Assembly (NCBI GenBank): GCA_015494465.1
Contig: WGBD01000002.1
Location: 197,267 to 261,266 of the forward strand
Length of the DNA stretch: 64,000 bases
Direction: 5' to 3'
Source of the DNA: Candidatus Omnitrophota bacterium
GTDB lineage: Bacteria > Omnitrophota > Gorgyraeia > S143-82
The notes below the pieces were generated by a model. It had not been told where the DNA came from. It saw only the letters and a list, made by a program, of their open reading frames with translations, and did not search any database. Positions 28,673 to 38,080 of the stretch are shown here, in pieces. A program made the position numbers and the translations under genes. Within the stretch, counting starts at the first letter, position 1. Every line of letters starts with the position of its first letter.

Positions 28673-30613
28673 ATGGAAGAGATATTTTCGTTTCAGTTGG
28701 ACGAATTCCAGAAGCAAGCACTCTCCGCCGTGGACGAGGGCTGTTCCCTGTTGGTCTCTGCACCCACTGGTGCGGGGAAGACGGTGATAGCGGAGTATGT
28801 GATTCATCGGTGTCTGGAGAAGGGGCTCGGGGTAATATACTGCGCACCCATAAAGGCCCTGAGCAACCAAAAGTTTCGGGACTTCCGCCAGAGGTACGGA
28901 GAGGACAAGATAGGGATACTCACCGGAGATGTCTCCCTCAATCCCGAGGCGCCGGTCCTGATAATGACCACCGAGATATTCCGCAACACCATCTTGGACT
29001 GTCCTTACCGGCTTGACTCCAAGTTCTGGGTGATATTCGACGAGATCCACTACATAGACGATGTGGAACGGGGGACGGTGTGGGAGGAGTCGATTATAAT
29101 GATGCCCAAGCACATGCGCCTCTTGGGATTGAGTGCAACCATCCCGAATGTAGAGGAACTGGGGGAGTGGATCCGCAAGATACACCCATTCCCCCTAAAG
29201 ATAATCGTGGAAGAACACCGCCCCGTCCCTTTGGAGTTCCGCTTCCAGTGCCACAACGAGATATTCACCTCGGTATCCGCACTAAAGGACCAGTGCTACC
29301 CTTGGATGGCCAACAAGCGCATCCCCCGTGCCTGGGATGTGGGGGCAAAGCCCAACAAACTGATTACCCTGATAAAACACCTGAGGGAGGAAGACCTCCT
29401 GCCCTGCATATACTTCGCCTTCAGCCGAAGGCGGTGTGAGATCCTCGCCTGGGAGGTGCGGAGGATGAACTTCCTCTCGCCCAGCGAGGCGGAAGAGATA
29501 ACCACCCGCTATTACGAATTACTGGAGCGCTTCGGGCTCATCGGAGACAAGTTCGCGGAAGACATGTACGACCTCGTGAGGCGGGGAATTGCCTTCCATC
29601 ACGCGGGCATGCTTCCGACGATGAAGGAGGTGATAGAGCAGTTGTTCACCTCCCGCCTGATAAAGGTGATATTCACCACCGAGACCTTTGCTCTGGGGAT
29701 AAACATGCCTGCCCGCACGGTGGTGTTCGACGAATTGCGGAAGTACTACGGCACCCACTTCGGCGAACTGCGCACCCGGGACTTCTACCAGATGGCGGGC
29801 AGGGCAGGGCGACGGGGGATAGACGAGAAGGGATATGTGTACTGCCGGATAAATCCCCATCACATAGACTTCTACACCCTGAAGCGCATAATATTCGGTC
29901 AGCCTGAGAAGGTAATCAGTCAGTTCAACATGTCCTACGCCTCCATCCTCCACCTCTACAAGGACCTTCAGGACCGGTTGGTAGACATATACCCGCTCTC
30001 CTTTGCCCACTTCCAGTCCAGCAAACGGGAGCACAGAGAGGACATCCGCATCATCCGGGCAAAGGTGCGCCTCCTCAAGGAACTGGGGTACATCCGAAAG
30101 AACCAGTTGACCGAAAAGGGAATCTTCGCCTCCCATGTTTACGGATACGAACTGCCCACTACCGAACTCTACTTTGCCGGCCTGTTCCGGGACCTCAACC
30201 CCAAAGAGCTCCTGGCCTTGGCCTCTGCTATCGTCTTCGAGCCCCGCAAGGGTCAACACAAACCACCCCTGCCAAAAGGGATTAAGTACCTGCAGAAACA
30301 ATCCAACCGGATCCTGCGCAGGATCATCCGCATGGAGAGGAAGTTTCAGCTCCTGCCCGTGACCAAACGCCTCCACTTCCACCTGGCCCTGGCGATAGTG
30401 CGCTGGGCCGAAGGGGAGAGCTTCGAGCGACTCAACCGCTACACCGACACCGATCCGGGCGAGATAGTGCGTTACTTCCGCATGGTAATCCAGTTGCTCA
30501 AGGACATCTGCGAGGTCCCACTCATAGATCCGAGACTGAAAGAGACCATCCACTCCGCCATAGAGAAGATAAATCGGGACGAGGTGGACGCGGAAAGGCA
30601 ACTGCGGGCCTGA
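28673..30613 (+). CDS. Ski2/HelY-like DEAD/DEAH-box RNA helicase
   Basis: APTGAGKT, PIKALSNQK, MTTE, DEIH, LSAT, RPVPL, HHAG, ETFALGINMPA, QMAGRAGRRG, DSHCT-like C-terminus. Confidence 0.92.
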   Translation: MEEIFSFQLDEFQKQALSAVDEGCSLLVSAPTGAGKTVIAEYVIHRCLEKGLGVIYCAPIKALSNQKFRDFRQRYGEDKIGILTGDVSLNPEAPVLIMTTEIFRNTILDCPYRLDSKFWVIFDEIHYIDDVERGTVWEESIIMMPKHMRLLGLSATIPNVEELGEWIRKIHPFPLKIIVEEHRPVPLEFRFQCHNEIFTSVSALKDQCYPWMANKRIPRAWDVGAKPNKLITLIKHLREEDLLPCIYFAFSRRRCEILAWEVRRMNFLSPSEAEEITTRYYELLERFGLIGDKFAEDMYDLVRRGIAFHHAGMLPTMKEVIEQLFTSRLIKVIFTTETFALGINMPARTVVFDELRKYYGTHFGELRTRDFYQMAGRAGRRGIDEKGYVYCRINPHHIDFYTLKRIIFGQPEKVISQFNMSYASILHLYKDLQDRLVDIYPLSFAHFQSSKREHREDIRIIRAKVRLLKELGYIRKNQLTEKGIFASHVYGYELPTTELYFAGLFRDLNPKELLALASAIVFEPRKGQHKPPLPKGIKYLQKQSNRILRRIIRMERKFQLLPVTKRLHFHLALAIVRWAEGESFERLNRYTDTDPGEIVRYFRMVIQLLKDICEVPLIDPRLKETIHSAIEKINRDEVDAERQLRA

Positions 30614-31408
30614 TTAGAGGAGTATGTAGAGACCCGCAAGGACGAAGGTTATCGCCACGCTCACCGGCAGGTCCATCCTCAAGGCCAACCAGAGCCCCAC
30701 GCAGACGGTGAACAGGTTTATCCCCAGGGTCCAAAGGAACATCCCCAAGATGCCCCTGCTTTTCCTCTCACCTATCGCCGGAGGCACGAGGAGCATGGCG
30801 ATCATCAGTATCACCCCCAAGGACTTCACCAGAGACAAGACCGCCAAGGATATGATGACCAACAGCAGGTAATACAGGCCCCTTGCCGGCAGACCCTGGG
30901 ATACCGCAAACTCCTCGTCTACCGCACAGGCGAGCAACCCCCTGAAAAAGAGGAGCACTGCAAGGGAGGCAGATAGAGACAGACCCCAGGCAAAAAGGAC
31001 ATCCGATCCCGACAGGAGAAAGGCATTACCGAAGAGATAACTCATCGCATCCGGGACATAGCCCTTCACCTGACGCAGGGCGGTTATACCGATGGCCATA
31101 CCCACCGTCCAGGTAAGGGCAACCGCTACCTCCGGCGCCCCTGACCTGCTCCTCCTCTCGAGCATACCCATAAACAATCCCAACACCACAGTGGCAGGCA
31201 CCAACACCGCTGAAAGGGGCAGGCCGAACAGTAAGGCCACACCGATCACCCCCAACAGGGCGTGGGATATACCCGCAGAGACGAACCCCAGCCGGCGCAT
31301 AAACATAAACGGCCCCACTAGTGCGGAGACCAAGGCCCCGCCTAACAAACTAAGGAAGGCATTCTTGACCAATCCAAGTCCTGACCAATCCAAGGGTATC
31401 TCAATCAT
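30614..31408 (-). CDS. znuB: Zn/Mn ABC transporter permease
   Basis: GISHA.LG, YLFG, DEEFA..G, multiple TMs. Confidence 0.85.
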   Translation of the reverse strand: MIEIPLDWSGLGLVKNAFLSLLGGALVSALVGPFMFMRRLGFVSAGISHALLGVIGVALLFGLPLSAVLVPATVVLGLFMGMLERRSRSGAPEVAVALTWTVGMAIGITALRQVKGYVPDAMSYLFGNAFLLSGSDVLFAWGLSLSASLAVLLFFRGLLACAVDEEFAVSQGLPARGLYYLLLVIISLAVLSLVKSLGVILMIAMLLVPPAIGERKSRGILGMFLWTLGINLFTVCVGLWLALRMDLPVSVAITFVLAGLYILL

Positions 31409-32174
31409 CTTCGTGCCTCTTCAATACCCTGTGGGGCATACCGTGGGCGATGAGGTCCACCGGACAACTATAAGCAGAGGTAATGGCCGAGGACAGCTCC
31501 TCTCCCCCCTTGCCGTGATAGACCAGCGTACGATTCAGACAGGCTATCTCGTCCACGAACTGGGACAGTACCCCTATGTCGTGGGAGATCATCACTATCG
31601 TCATCCCCTGCCCCTTGAGTTGGTTAAGGAGATAAAATACATTCGTCTCGGTGGGCTCGTCCACACTGGCAGTAGGCTCGTCCAAGAAGAGGATCTGAGG
31701 ATCCTTTACCAAGGCCCGGGCGATAAGGACCCGCTGTTTCTGCCCCACCGAGGCGGTCTTGTAGGGAACAGTAAACAGGTCCTCTATCCCCAATAAGGCC
31801 ATGGCCCGCCTCACCTTATCTTCGGTGCTTCCGCTAAGGACCCTCACACCCCAGGGCCGGGCAACCAGCCCCATCGCTACCATCTCTCCGCAGGTCAAAG
31901 GGACCATCGGATTGGTCTCTACCATCTGGGGGACATAGCCGATTCTGTCCCTGACCCTATCTACATCCTCGCCGAAGACCCGCACCTTTCCCCTCTTTAC
32001 CGGAATTATCCCCAGTATCGCCTTAAACAGAGTGGTCTTACCCGCCCCGTTGGGCCCTATTATCCCGATGAATCTGCCCCTCTCTACGCGGAAGGAGACC
32101 GCCTCTAATACCACACTCTCCCCATAGGAGACCCACAGGTCCTCCACCTCCAAGGCGATTTTCCGCTCACTCAT
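31401..32174 (-). CDS. znuC: Zn/Mn ABC transporter ATPase
   Basis: GPNGAGKTT, YVPQ, S.GQKQRV, LDEPT, SHD, His-rich tail. Confidence 0.88.
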   Translation of the reverse strand: MSERKIALEVEDLWVSYGESVVLEAVSFRVERGRFIGIIGPNGAGKTTLFKAILGIIPVKRGKVRVFGEDVDRVRDRIGYVPQMVETNPMVPLTCGEMVAMGLVARPWGVRVLSGSTEDKVRRAMALLGIEDLFTVPYKTASVGQKQRVLIARALVKDPQILFLDEPTASVDEPTETNVFYLLNQLKGQGMTIVMISHDIGVLSQFVDEIACLNRTLVYHGKGGEELSSAITSAYSCPVDLIAHGMPHRVLKRHEDD

Positions 32175-32943
32175 TCAGGGCCTCCAGTCTCCCTGTCAAG
32201 TTCCGGAACTGGCCAACGATGTCCTCCGAGAGGGGATCAACCGCTATCAGGGGAAGGGTCGGACAGGCCCCCACCAAGGCCTTCAGTCTGTCCCGGGCGA
32301 ACTGGGATTCCATCAACACGAAACGGTACCTTCCCTGCCGGCATCCGGAGATCGCCTGCCTTAGGCGGGAGAACCTCACCTCTCCGCTGGGATCGCTTAT
32401 GCTTACCATCTTCAGATTATAATCCCGGCAGAAGTACCTCCAGGCAGGGTGAAAGCACAAAAGATACTTTATCCCCTGTCTCCGGAAGAAGGCGCTGAGC
32501 CTGCGGTCCAGATCCCGGAGGTCCTTCAAGAGAGGATTGGGATCCCTTCCTAGGATCTGCCCCGCCCGACTGACCATCGCTTGGAGGTTGCGCAGAGAGA
32601 GCCACTGGTGTGGATCCGACTCCAGGAACTCCAGGCCCTCCGCCAAGAATACCACCTCCATTTGAGGGAAGTTCTCCCTTATCACAGCCAATAGCCTCCT
32701 CTCTACCTCCAGCCTCCCGTTGACCATCCAGACCCGAGATGCCTTGGCCAGCACCTGTATGTGGCTGGGTGAGATAGCAACCGTGTGGGGATCGGTACCC
32801 GGATGGATTATACTTACGACCTCTTTAAGTCCCAAATCCTCAAGCAATCCCTTGAGTGGCGGTATAGAGACGACCTCCAAGGCCCGCAACGGCAAGGAGA
32901 TCCCCAGTAAAAGGAAAGAAAACAAGCAAAGGATCCGCTTCAT
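32167..32943 (-). CDS. znuA: Zn/Mn ABC transporter substrate-binding protein
   Basis: PG.DPH, DPH.W.S, HPAW.YF, DPL. Confidence 0.85.
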   Translation of the reverse strand: MKRILCLFSFLLLGISLPLRALEVVSIPPLKGLLEDLGLKEVVSIIHPGTDPHTVAISPSHIQVLAKASRVWMVNGRLEVERRLLAVIRENFPQMEVVFLAEGLEFLESDPHQWLSLRNLQAMVSRAGQILGRDPNPLLKDLRDLDRRLSAFFRRQGIKYLLCFHPAWRYFCRDYNLKMVSISDPSGEVRFSRLRQAISGCRQGRYRFVLMESQFARDRLKALVGACPTLPLIAVDPLSEDIVGQFRNLTGRLEALNE

Positions 32944-32969
32944 GGAACCGTCCCCCTATAAATTAAAAA

Positions 32970-33116
32970 CCCCACCATTGCCGTGGGGACAGGCATAGTC
33001 TGAACCCCAAAACTAGGTGGGCACCTGCCGACTACCCCACGGGGTAGCCGGACTCCGGCTCCCAGTTTCGAGGTGTTGGTTCAGCTACTTGCCTTCCCCT
33101 CACGCGCATGGTAGGG
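32970..33116 (-). ncRNA. ssrS: 6S RNA
   Basis: Long closing stem (CCCTACCATG...CAATGGTGGGG), CTGAACC/GGTTCAG helix, central bubble, GGGAGC/GCCCAC elements; upstream TTGCCT-17-TATCAT promoter and downstream U-tract. Confidence 0.8.
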
Positions 33117-33168
33117 ACCGCTTCCAACACCAATTTAATGATAGCAGAAGGCAGGCAAAAAGGCAAGT

Positions 33169-33462
33169 TTACATCTGCAGGCGCATCAGTTCCTGATAGG
33201 CGTCTATCAACTTGTTGCGGATCTCCATCATGGTCATAAAGGCCAGGTTCGCCTCCTCCACCGCGACCAGGACCTGGTGGATGTCCTTGACCTGGCCCTT
33301 GGCGAGTTTCTCCATGGCGTTCTCTGCGTTCAGCTGGAGCTGGTTCACCTTATCTATACTCTCTTTCAGGATGGAGGCAAAGTCAACATCTCCGGAGACC
33401 TTTCCCGAGGGCTTAGGGGTCAAGGGCCCTATACCACCAACTCCAATCTTATCTATCGCCAT
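33169..33462 (-). CDS. fliE: Flagellar hook-basal body protein FliE
   Basis: F..ILK..I..VN..Q, DIHQV, EIRNKLIDAYQELMR. Confidence 0.95.
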   Translation of the reverse strand: MAIDKIGVGGIGPLTPKPSGKVSGDVDFASILKESIDKVNQLQLNAENAMEKLAKGQVKDIHQVLVAVEEANLAFMTMMEIRNKLIDAYQELMRLQM

Positions 33463-33468
33463 ACCTCA

Positions 33469-33873
33469 TCACCTCAACATGTCCAGCGTCCTTATGTAGT
33501 TCTGCTTCTGCAGGTTGAAGGCTGCGATGTTCGCCTCGTAGGCTCGGGAGGCGGTTATCATCTTCGTCCACTCCTCTACCAGATTTATCCTCGGATAGTG
33601 GACATAACCGTACTGGTCCGCATCGGGGTGGTCGGGATCGTACACCAGACGATAGGAATCCTGCTCCTGTATCCCGATAACCCTTACCCCCTGGGCATCG
33701 GGGGCGCTCTGGAGGATCACCTCCTGCCGTTTATAAGGCCCTCCTTCCGGGGTGCGGGTGGTGTTGATGTTGGCCAGGTTGTTGGCGTAGGTCTCTATGC
33801 GCCGTTTCTCCGCACGCAGACCACTCACCGATATCTCCATCCCGGAAAACACGCTGGAAACCTGCATTATCAC
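33469..33873 (-). CDS. flgC: Flagellar basal-body rod protein FlgC
   Basis: ANNLANINTTRTPEGGPYKR, YDPDHPDAD..GYV..P, ASRAYEAN. Confidence 0.95.
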   Translation of the reverse strand: MIMQVSSVFSGMEISVSGLRAEKRRIETYANNLANINTTRTPEGGPYKRQEVILQSAPDAQGVRVIGIQEQDSYRLVYDPDHPDADQYGYVHYPRINLVEEWTKMITASRAYEANIAAFNLQKQNYIRTLDMLR

Positions 33874-33894
33874 ACCTCGTCCCGCCTAGTTATT

Positions 33895-34275
33895 CTATTC
33901 CGGCCTACCTCTTATTATACTCTCGAACAGGTCAAACCGCGACCTCAAAAGTTGGACCATGGACTGGTAATCCATGGAATCCTCGGTAATCTTCACTAAT
34001 TCTTCGTCCAACTCCACCGGCCTGCCCGTGTCCTTTATCGGAATCTTTTCCAGGCCCGGCGAAGAGATTCGTGCCGGGATGTGGCGAGGGTTGGTCCGCT
34101 CCAGCTCCAAGCGCATCTGCTCCTTCTCCAAGACCTTGGCAAAGTCCACCCGCTTAGCGGTGTATCCGGGGACATTCACATTGGCGATGTTGTTGGCCAA
34201 CACCTTGATCTCCCGGGAAAGGACCGTCATACGATCTACCACTGCGGACTCTGTCTTACCTACGAACATACCCAT
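33895..34275 (-). CDS. flgB: Flagellar basal-body rod protein FlgB
   Basis: ANNIANVNVPGY.AKRVDF, TNPRH; start at SD-supported ATG 34275. Confidence 0.92.
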   Translation of the reverse strand: MGMFVGKTESAVVDRMTVLSREIKVLANNIANVNVPGYTAKRVDFAKVLEKEQMRLELERTNPRHIPARISSPGLEKIPIKDTGRPVELDEELVKITEDSMDYQSMVQLLRSRFDLFESIIRGRPE

Positions 34276-34298
34276 AACATCCCTCCTACCTAATAGGA

Positions 34299-34314
34299 TG
34301 CAAAATGCGTGCCA
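34299..34314 (-). promoter_or_regulatory. Sigma54 (-24/-12) promoter of flgBC-fliE
   Basis: TGGCAC-gcatt-TTGCA, a perfect consensus match. Confidence 0.88.
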
Positions 34315-34324
34315 ATATGCTGGA

Positions 34325-34353
34325 TTGACACGGGGACATCCCTCTATTAGAAT
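34325..34353 (+). promoter_or_regulatory. Sigma70 promoter, leaderless geometry
   Basis: TTGACA-17-TAGAAT-6 nt-ATG(34360). Confidence 0.75.
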
Positions 34354-34359
34354 CACCTC

Positions 34360-35301
34360 ATGAAGACATCCAAAAGAGCAACCGAGATCGCCTTAGTTTT
34401 TATCCCCTTGGGTGCGTTATTCTTTTACCTCTCCTCCAAACACCTGGTCACCGCAGATGTAAACCTATACTACGACATCGGAAGGAACCTCCTATCCCTC
34501 AAACCCTACTGCAGTTTTGACATCTACGCAACCAGCCCTGAGGCCTACTTCCCTGCCCTGCCCTTCACTGCACCCCTCTGGCCATTGGTGGCTGGGATAA
34601 GCATAAGGCTCCTTGGCACCTACGGGCCGTGGATGATCAACCCACTGCTCTTGCTCGCAAGCGCCTTCGTCTTTTACCGGATAGCCCACAGATTCCTCGC
34701 CCATGAACAGGCCCTGATGGCAACCGCCTTGGCCTTTACCTCCCTGCCCATACTCCTGATTGCAATGTATCCTTGGACGGAGACCCTGGGCCTACTCCTA
34801 TTGCTGCTAATAGTCCATCAAGTCCTCTCCGGGGCCCGGCCCCTCCACACCGGCCTGTTATTGGCCTTGGAGGGTCTAACCCGACCCCACTACCTCCTGC
34901 CCGCCCTGATAATCACCGCCATTTGGAGCAAGCGAAAAAGGGACCTTTTGACCGCATTACTGACCAGTGCAGTCTTGCTTCTCACCTACGAGGGAGTGTG
35001 TCTGGTGCTTTGGAAACTGCCCTACCCCAGTATGTACCTATTGCCCCTGAACAACTTCTCGCCTCCGATTGGCAAGACAGATCTGGGGGAGGCAGTGATA
35101 GGCTACCTACACACATTAAAAGACCTCCTGCTCAACACCCCAACCCTCCCAATAGGAGTCCTTGCCCTTCTCCTCGGATTCTGGCTCAAGCAGGCCCAAG
35201 GGCTGGACGGACGGGTAGTAAAACTCCTCTGGACCTATCTGGTATTGGTCGTTACCTATCCCGTTTTATTCCTGATATTGATCCTCAAGGGGGTATGGTA
35301 G
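34360..35301 (+). CDS. GT-C fold (ArnT/PMT-like) membrane glycosyltransferase, N-terminal part
   Basis: TM then D...Y..IGRNL, PLWP, WTE, LTRP motifs; polytopic. Confidence 0.65.
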   Translation: MKTSKRATEIALVFIPLGALFFYLSSKHLVTADVNLYYDIGRNLLSLKPYCSFDIYATSPEAYFPALPFTAPLWPLVAGISIRLLGTYGPWMINPLLLLASAFVFYRIAHRFLAHEQALMATALAFTSLPILLIAMYPWTETLGLLLLLLIVHQVLSGARPLHTGLLLALEGLTRPHYLLPALIITAIWSKRKRDLLTALLTSAVLLLTYEGVCLVLWKLPYPSMYLLPLNNFSPPIGKTDLGEAVIGYLHTLKDLLLNTPTLPIGVLALLLGFWLKQAQGLDGRVVKLLWTYLVLVVTYPVLFLILILKGVW

Positions 35302-35744
35302 TGAGGTTGCTTCCCATAGACACCATACGATTTGCCTCCCTCCACGCACCGTTCGCCATCCTCATCGCAATGGTACTCGTATCCAAGGTCCGCAACCGCC
35401 TGCTTCCCAACATACTGACGATACTCCTGTGCCTGTACTCTGCCTACTCTCTCATCGCATCCATCCTCATCTCCCAGATACTAGCCACTAAACAGAGACC
35501 CGGTTATCTCTTCGTCGAGAAGATACGCCCTTACCTCCGATCCCAAGAGGTCATTTGCAGCCAGGACATACAACTGCCCTGGTATCTGGTAGACAATCCC
35601 GTAGGAAAGGTCTCTCGGGATAGACAAGGAGAATACCTGCAGTGGAAAGGCTGTAAAGCCCTGGTCATAAGGAGGGAAAAGGGTCAGTGGGTCCTCTTGA
35701 AACCCAAGGAGTACGGGAAGGACACCAAATCATCCCCTAAGTAA
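35301..35744 (+). CDS. Probable C-terminal part of the same GT-C protein (shifted frame)
   Basis: RF...APF, two TMs and a short soluble tail; GTG overlaps the upstream TAG (ATG 35295 is an alternative start). Confidence 0.5.
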   Translation: MRLLPIDTIRFASLHAPFAILIAMVLVSKVRNRLLPNILTILLCLYSAYSLIASILISQILATKQRPGYLFVEKIRPYLRSQEVICSQDIQLPWYLVDNPVGKVSRDRQGEYLQWKGCKALVIRREKGQWVLLKPKEYGKDTKSSPK

Positions 35745-36874
35745 TCTCCCTCGCACAACACGACCGCCCGGTGGATGCAGTTCTCCAGTTCCCGCACATT
35801 GCCCGGCCAATCGTAGTCCAAAAGGACCCTCATAGCGGAGTCAGTGATGCCCTTTATCTCCTTGCCCACCTTCTTGCTATACCGACGGAGAAAGGCCTCT
35901 GCCAACAGGGGGATGTCTTCTTTCCTTTCCCGCAAGGGCGGGACATATATAGGCACCACATTCAACCTAAAGAACAGGTCTTCCCGGAACCTTCCTTCCT
36001 TCACCTCCTGGGCCAGATCCCGATTGGTGGTAGCCACCACCCTCACATCCACCTCGACAGGGGAACTTCCCCCTATCCTATCCACCTCTCCCTCCTGAAG
36101 GACCCGCAACAACTTCGCCTGCAGGTGGAGGGGCATCTCCCCTATCTCGTCCAAAAGTATCGTTCCCCCGTGGGCGAGTTCAAACTTTCCCTTGCGGGTG
36201 TAGACCGCTCCGGTAAAGGCCCCCTTCTCGTGGCCAAACAACTCCGCTTCCACGAGGGTATCGGGTATTGCCGCGCAGTTCACCCTCACATAGGGCCCAT
36301 CTGCCCGCTGGCTCAAGGCGTGGATCCTGCGGGCGATTAATTCCTTCCCCGTACCGGTCTCACCCATTATGAGGACCGTCGCATCACTGCAGGCAATCTT
36401 CTCCAACTCCCTTTTGAGGGCCCTTATAGGAGCGGACTCCCCTATGAACTCCTCCCCCACCTCCGACTGGCACCTAACCAGTTCCTTCAACCGGACATTT
36501 TCCTCTTTCAGCCTGTGGGCCTCCAGGGTCTTCTCCACCACCACCTCAAGTTCGTCGGCGGAGAAGGGCTTCATGATGTAATCGCTGGCGCCCTTCTTCA
36601 TGGCGGTCACCGCGGTGTCCACCGTTCCGTAGGCGGTAATCATTATCACCGGCAGGTTGGGGAATTTCTCCTTCACCTTCTCCAGGAACTCTATCCCCGA
36701 CATCTCGGGCATACGCATGTCGGTAATCACCAGATCGCAACCGCCCTTATCCAAAAGGGAAAGCCCCTTCTTCGGCGAATTCACCGCCCTAACCTTGTGG
36801 CCCGCCTCCTTAAGGACCATCCTCAAGGACTCCAAGACCAGATCGTCGTCGTCCACGACTAATATGGAAGCCAT
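35684..36874 (-). CDS. Sigma54-dependent response regulator (FlgR/FleR-like) without C-terminal HTH
   Basis: REC (VVDDD, D.RMP, KPF), AAA+ [28 protein letters not shown]; ends about 35 aa after that motif. Confidence 0.92.
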   Translation of the reverse strand: MASILVVDDDDLVLESLRMVLKEAGHKVRAVNSPKKGLSLLDKGGCDLVITDMRMPEMSGIEFLEKVKEKFPNLPVIMITAYGTVDTAVTAMKKGASDYIMKPFSADELEVVVEKTLEAHRLKEENVRLKELVRCQSEVGEEFIGESAPIRALKRELEKIACSDATVLIMGETGTGKELIARRIHALSQRADGPYVRVNCAAIPDTLVEAELFGHEKGAFTGAVYTRKGKFELAHGGTILLDEIGEMPLHLQAKLLRVLQEGEVDRIGGSSPVEVDVRVVATTNRDLAQEVKEGRFREDLFFRLNVVPIYVPPLRERKEDIPLLAEAFLRRYSKKVGKEIKGITDSAMRVLLDYDWPGNVRELENCIHRAVVLCEGDYLGDDLVSFPYSLGFKRTH

Positions 36875-37686
36875 ATAACGACCTCCGCCCCTTTTTCCCA
36901 ATTCCCGAACTCCACCTCTCCCCCGTGGGCCTCCACTATCCGGCTGGTTATCGCCAGCCCCAACCCGGTCCCTTTGGTCTTAGTGGTGAAGAAGGGCTCG
37001 CACAACCTTCCCATCACCCCTTCGGGGAATCCCGGGCCGGTATCCCTTACGGATATCCCAACCCTGCCTCCCCTCACCTCGCAGGACAACCAGATCTGAC
37101 CTTTATCCCCAACCGCATCCACCGCGTTGTCCAATACATTCAACAGGGCCCTCTCCAGATAATCCGGATCCGCGGAGAACCTCACCTCCTCGTCGGAGAC
37201 GGAAAGGGTTATATCCTTGCCCTCCAAGGCAGGGACCAGAAACTTCTGCATCCTTCGGGAAAGGTTCCGCCAGGAGACCTGCACCTTGTTGAGGGATATG
37301 TCCTGGGCGAAGTTCAGGATGTCCCCTATTATCGACTCCATCCTATTAACGCCCGCCCGGATGTTCTCTATCAGCTCCCTCGCACCCGGATCTCGAACCT
37401 TCTTCTCCAACATAGATACCGACAAGGAGATCCCTGCCAGCGGATTCCTTATCTCGTGGGCAAGGGTGGCCGCCATCTCCCCGATGGCTGCAAGACGCCG
37501 GGAACGCTCCAACTGCTCGGTAAGCTCTGCGATCCTGCGCTCCAGGACCGCGTAGTACTCTATCAACTCCGCGCTGGTCTTGGAAAAGGCGTCAAAGGCC
37601 TTTATCAGCTCCTCAGGTGGGGTCTCTCTTGCCAGATCACCGCCGGCGATCGACGAATCTGGCCTCTTTACCGGTTCCCTTTCCAT
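36859..37686 (-). CDS. Cytoplasmic histidine kinase (FlgS/FleS-like), no PAS or TM
   Basis: AHEIRNPL H-box, NA.DA, DTGPG, PFFTTK..GTGLGL. Confidence 0.9.
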   Translation of the reverse strand: MEREPVKRPDSSIAGGDLARETPPEELIKAFDAFSKTSAELIEYYAVLERRIAELTEQLERSRRLAAIGEMAATLAHEIRNPLAGISLSVSMLEKKVRDPGARELIENIRAGVNRMESIIGDILNFAQDISLNKVQVSWRNLSRRMQKFLVPALEGKDITLSVSDEEVRFSADPDYLERALLNVLDNAVDAVGDKGQIWLSCEVRGGRVGISVRDTGPGFPEGVMGRLCEPFFTTKTKGTGLGLAITSRIVEAHGGEVEFGNWEKGAEVVIWLPY

Positions 37687-38080
37687 AGTACGCCTTCACC
37701 GCCTTCTTGCCCGCGTTCACCTGGGAAAGGTCCGCCTCCAGACGATCCTTACTTTTCTGGACCTGTTCCACCAACACCCCTTCCAACTCCAACAGCCTCT
37801 TCACCACCGCCTCTATCTCCTCGAAAAGGGCCGCGATCCTCTCCTTTTCCTCTCTAGGGAGATCCCCCCGATTTTGCTTCCACCACATCTTCAGTTCGGC
37901 GAGCCTGTCGTCTATCGACTGTATCTTCAATACCAATTCTTGCTTTTTCTTCAGGGCAGAGAACAAAAAATCCACATCCCCGCCCCGTTCCACCTGCTGG
38001 TTGGAGATCTCCAGCATCTGCCTGTACAGGTCCAGTTCCTCCTCCAGCCCTGCTATCAGGGCCACCACCTCTTTATTCAC
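37637..38080 (-). CDS. FlgN/FliT-like helical flagellar chaperone
   Basis: All-helical; C-terminal AVKAY...RFVD pattern; GTG 38080 overlaps the upstream stop. Confidence 0.55.
   Translation of the reverse strand: MNKEVVALIAGLEEELDLYRQMLEISNQQVERGGDVDFLFSALKKKQELVLKIQSIDDRLAELKMWWKQNRGDLPREEKERIAALFEEIEAVVKRLLELEGVLVEQVQKSKDRLEADLSQVNAGKKAVKAYYGKGTGKEARFVDRRR

Noticed and set aside
28589-29185. Apparent 200-aa N-terminal extension of NeuB
   Set aside because: It is antisense to the helicase; NeuB homology and an SD begin at 28588
28673-30613. Helicase as part of an anti-phage system
   Set aside because: It stands alone between housekeeping genes with no partner nuclease or methylase
32944-33168. 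Metal or cobalamin riboswitch upstream of the ABC transporter
   Set aside because: The rod-like fold with a central bubble, its own promoter and a U-tract match 6S RNA better
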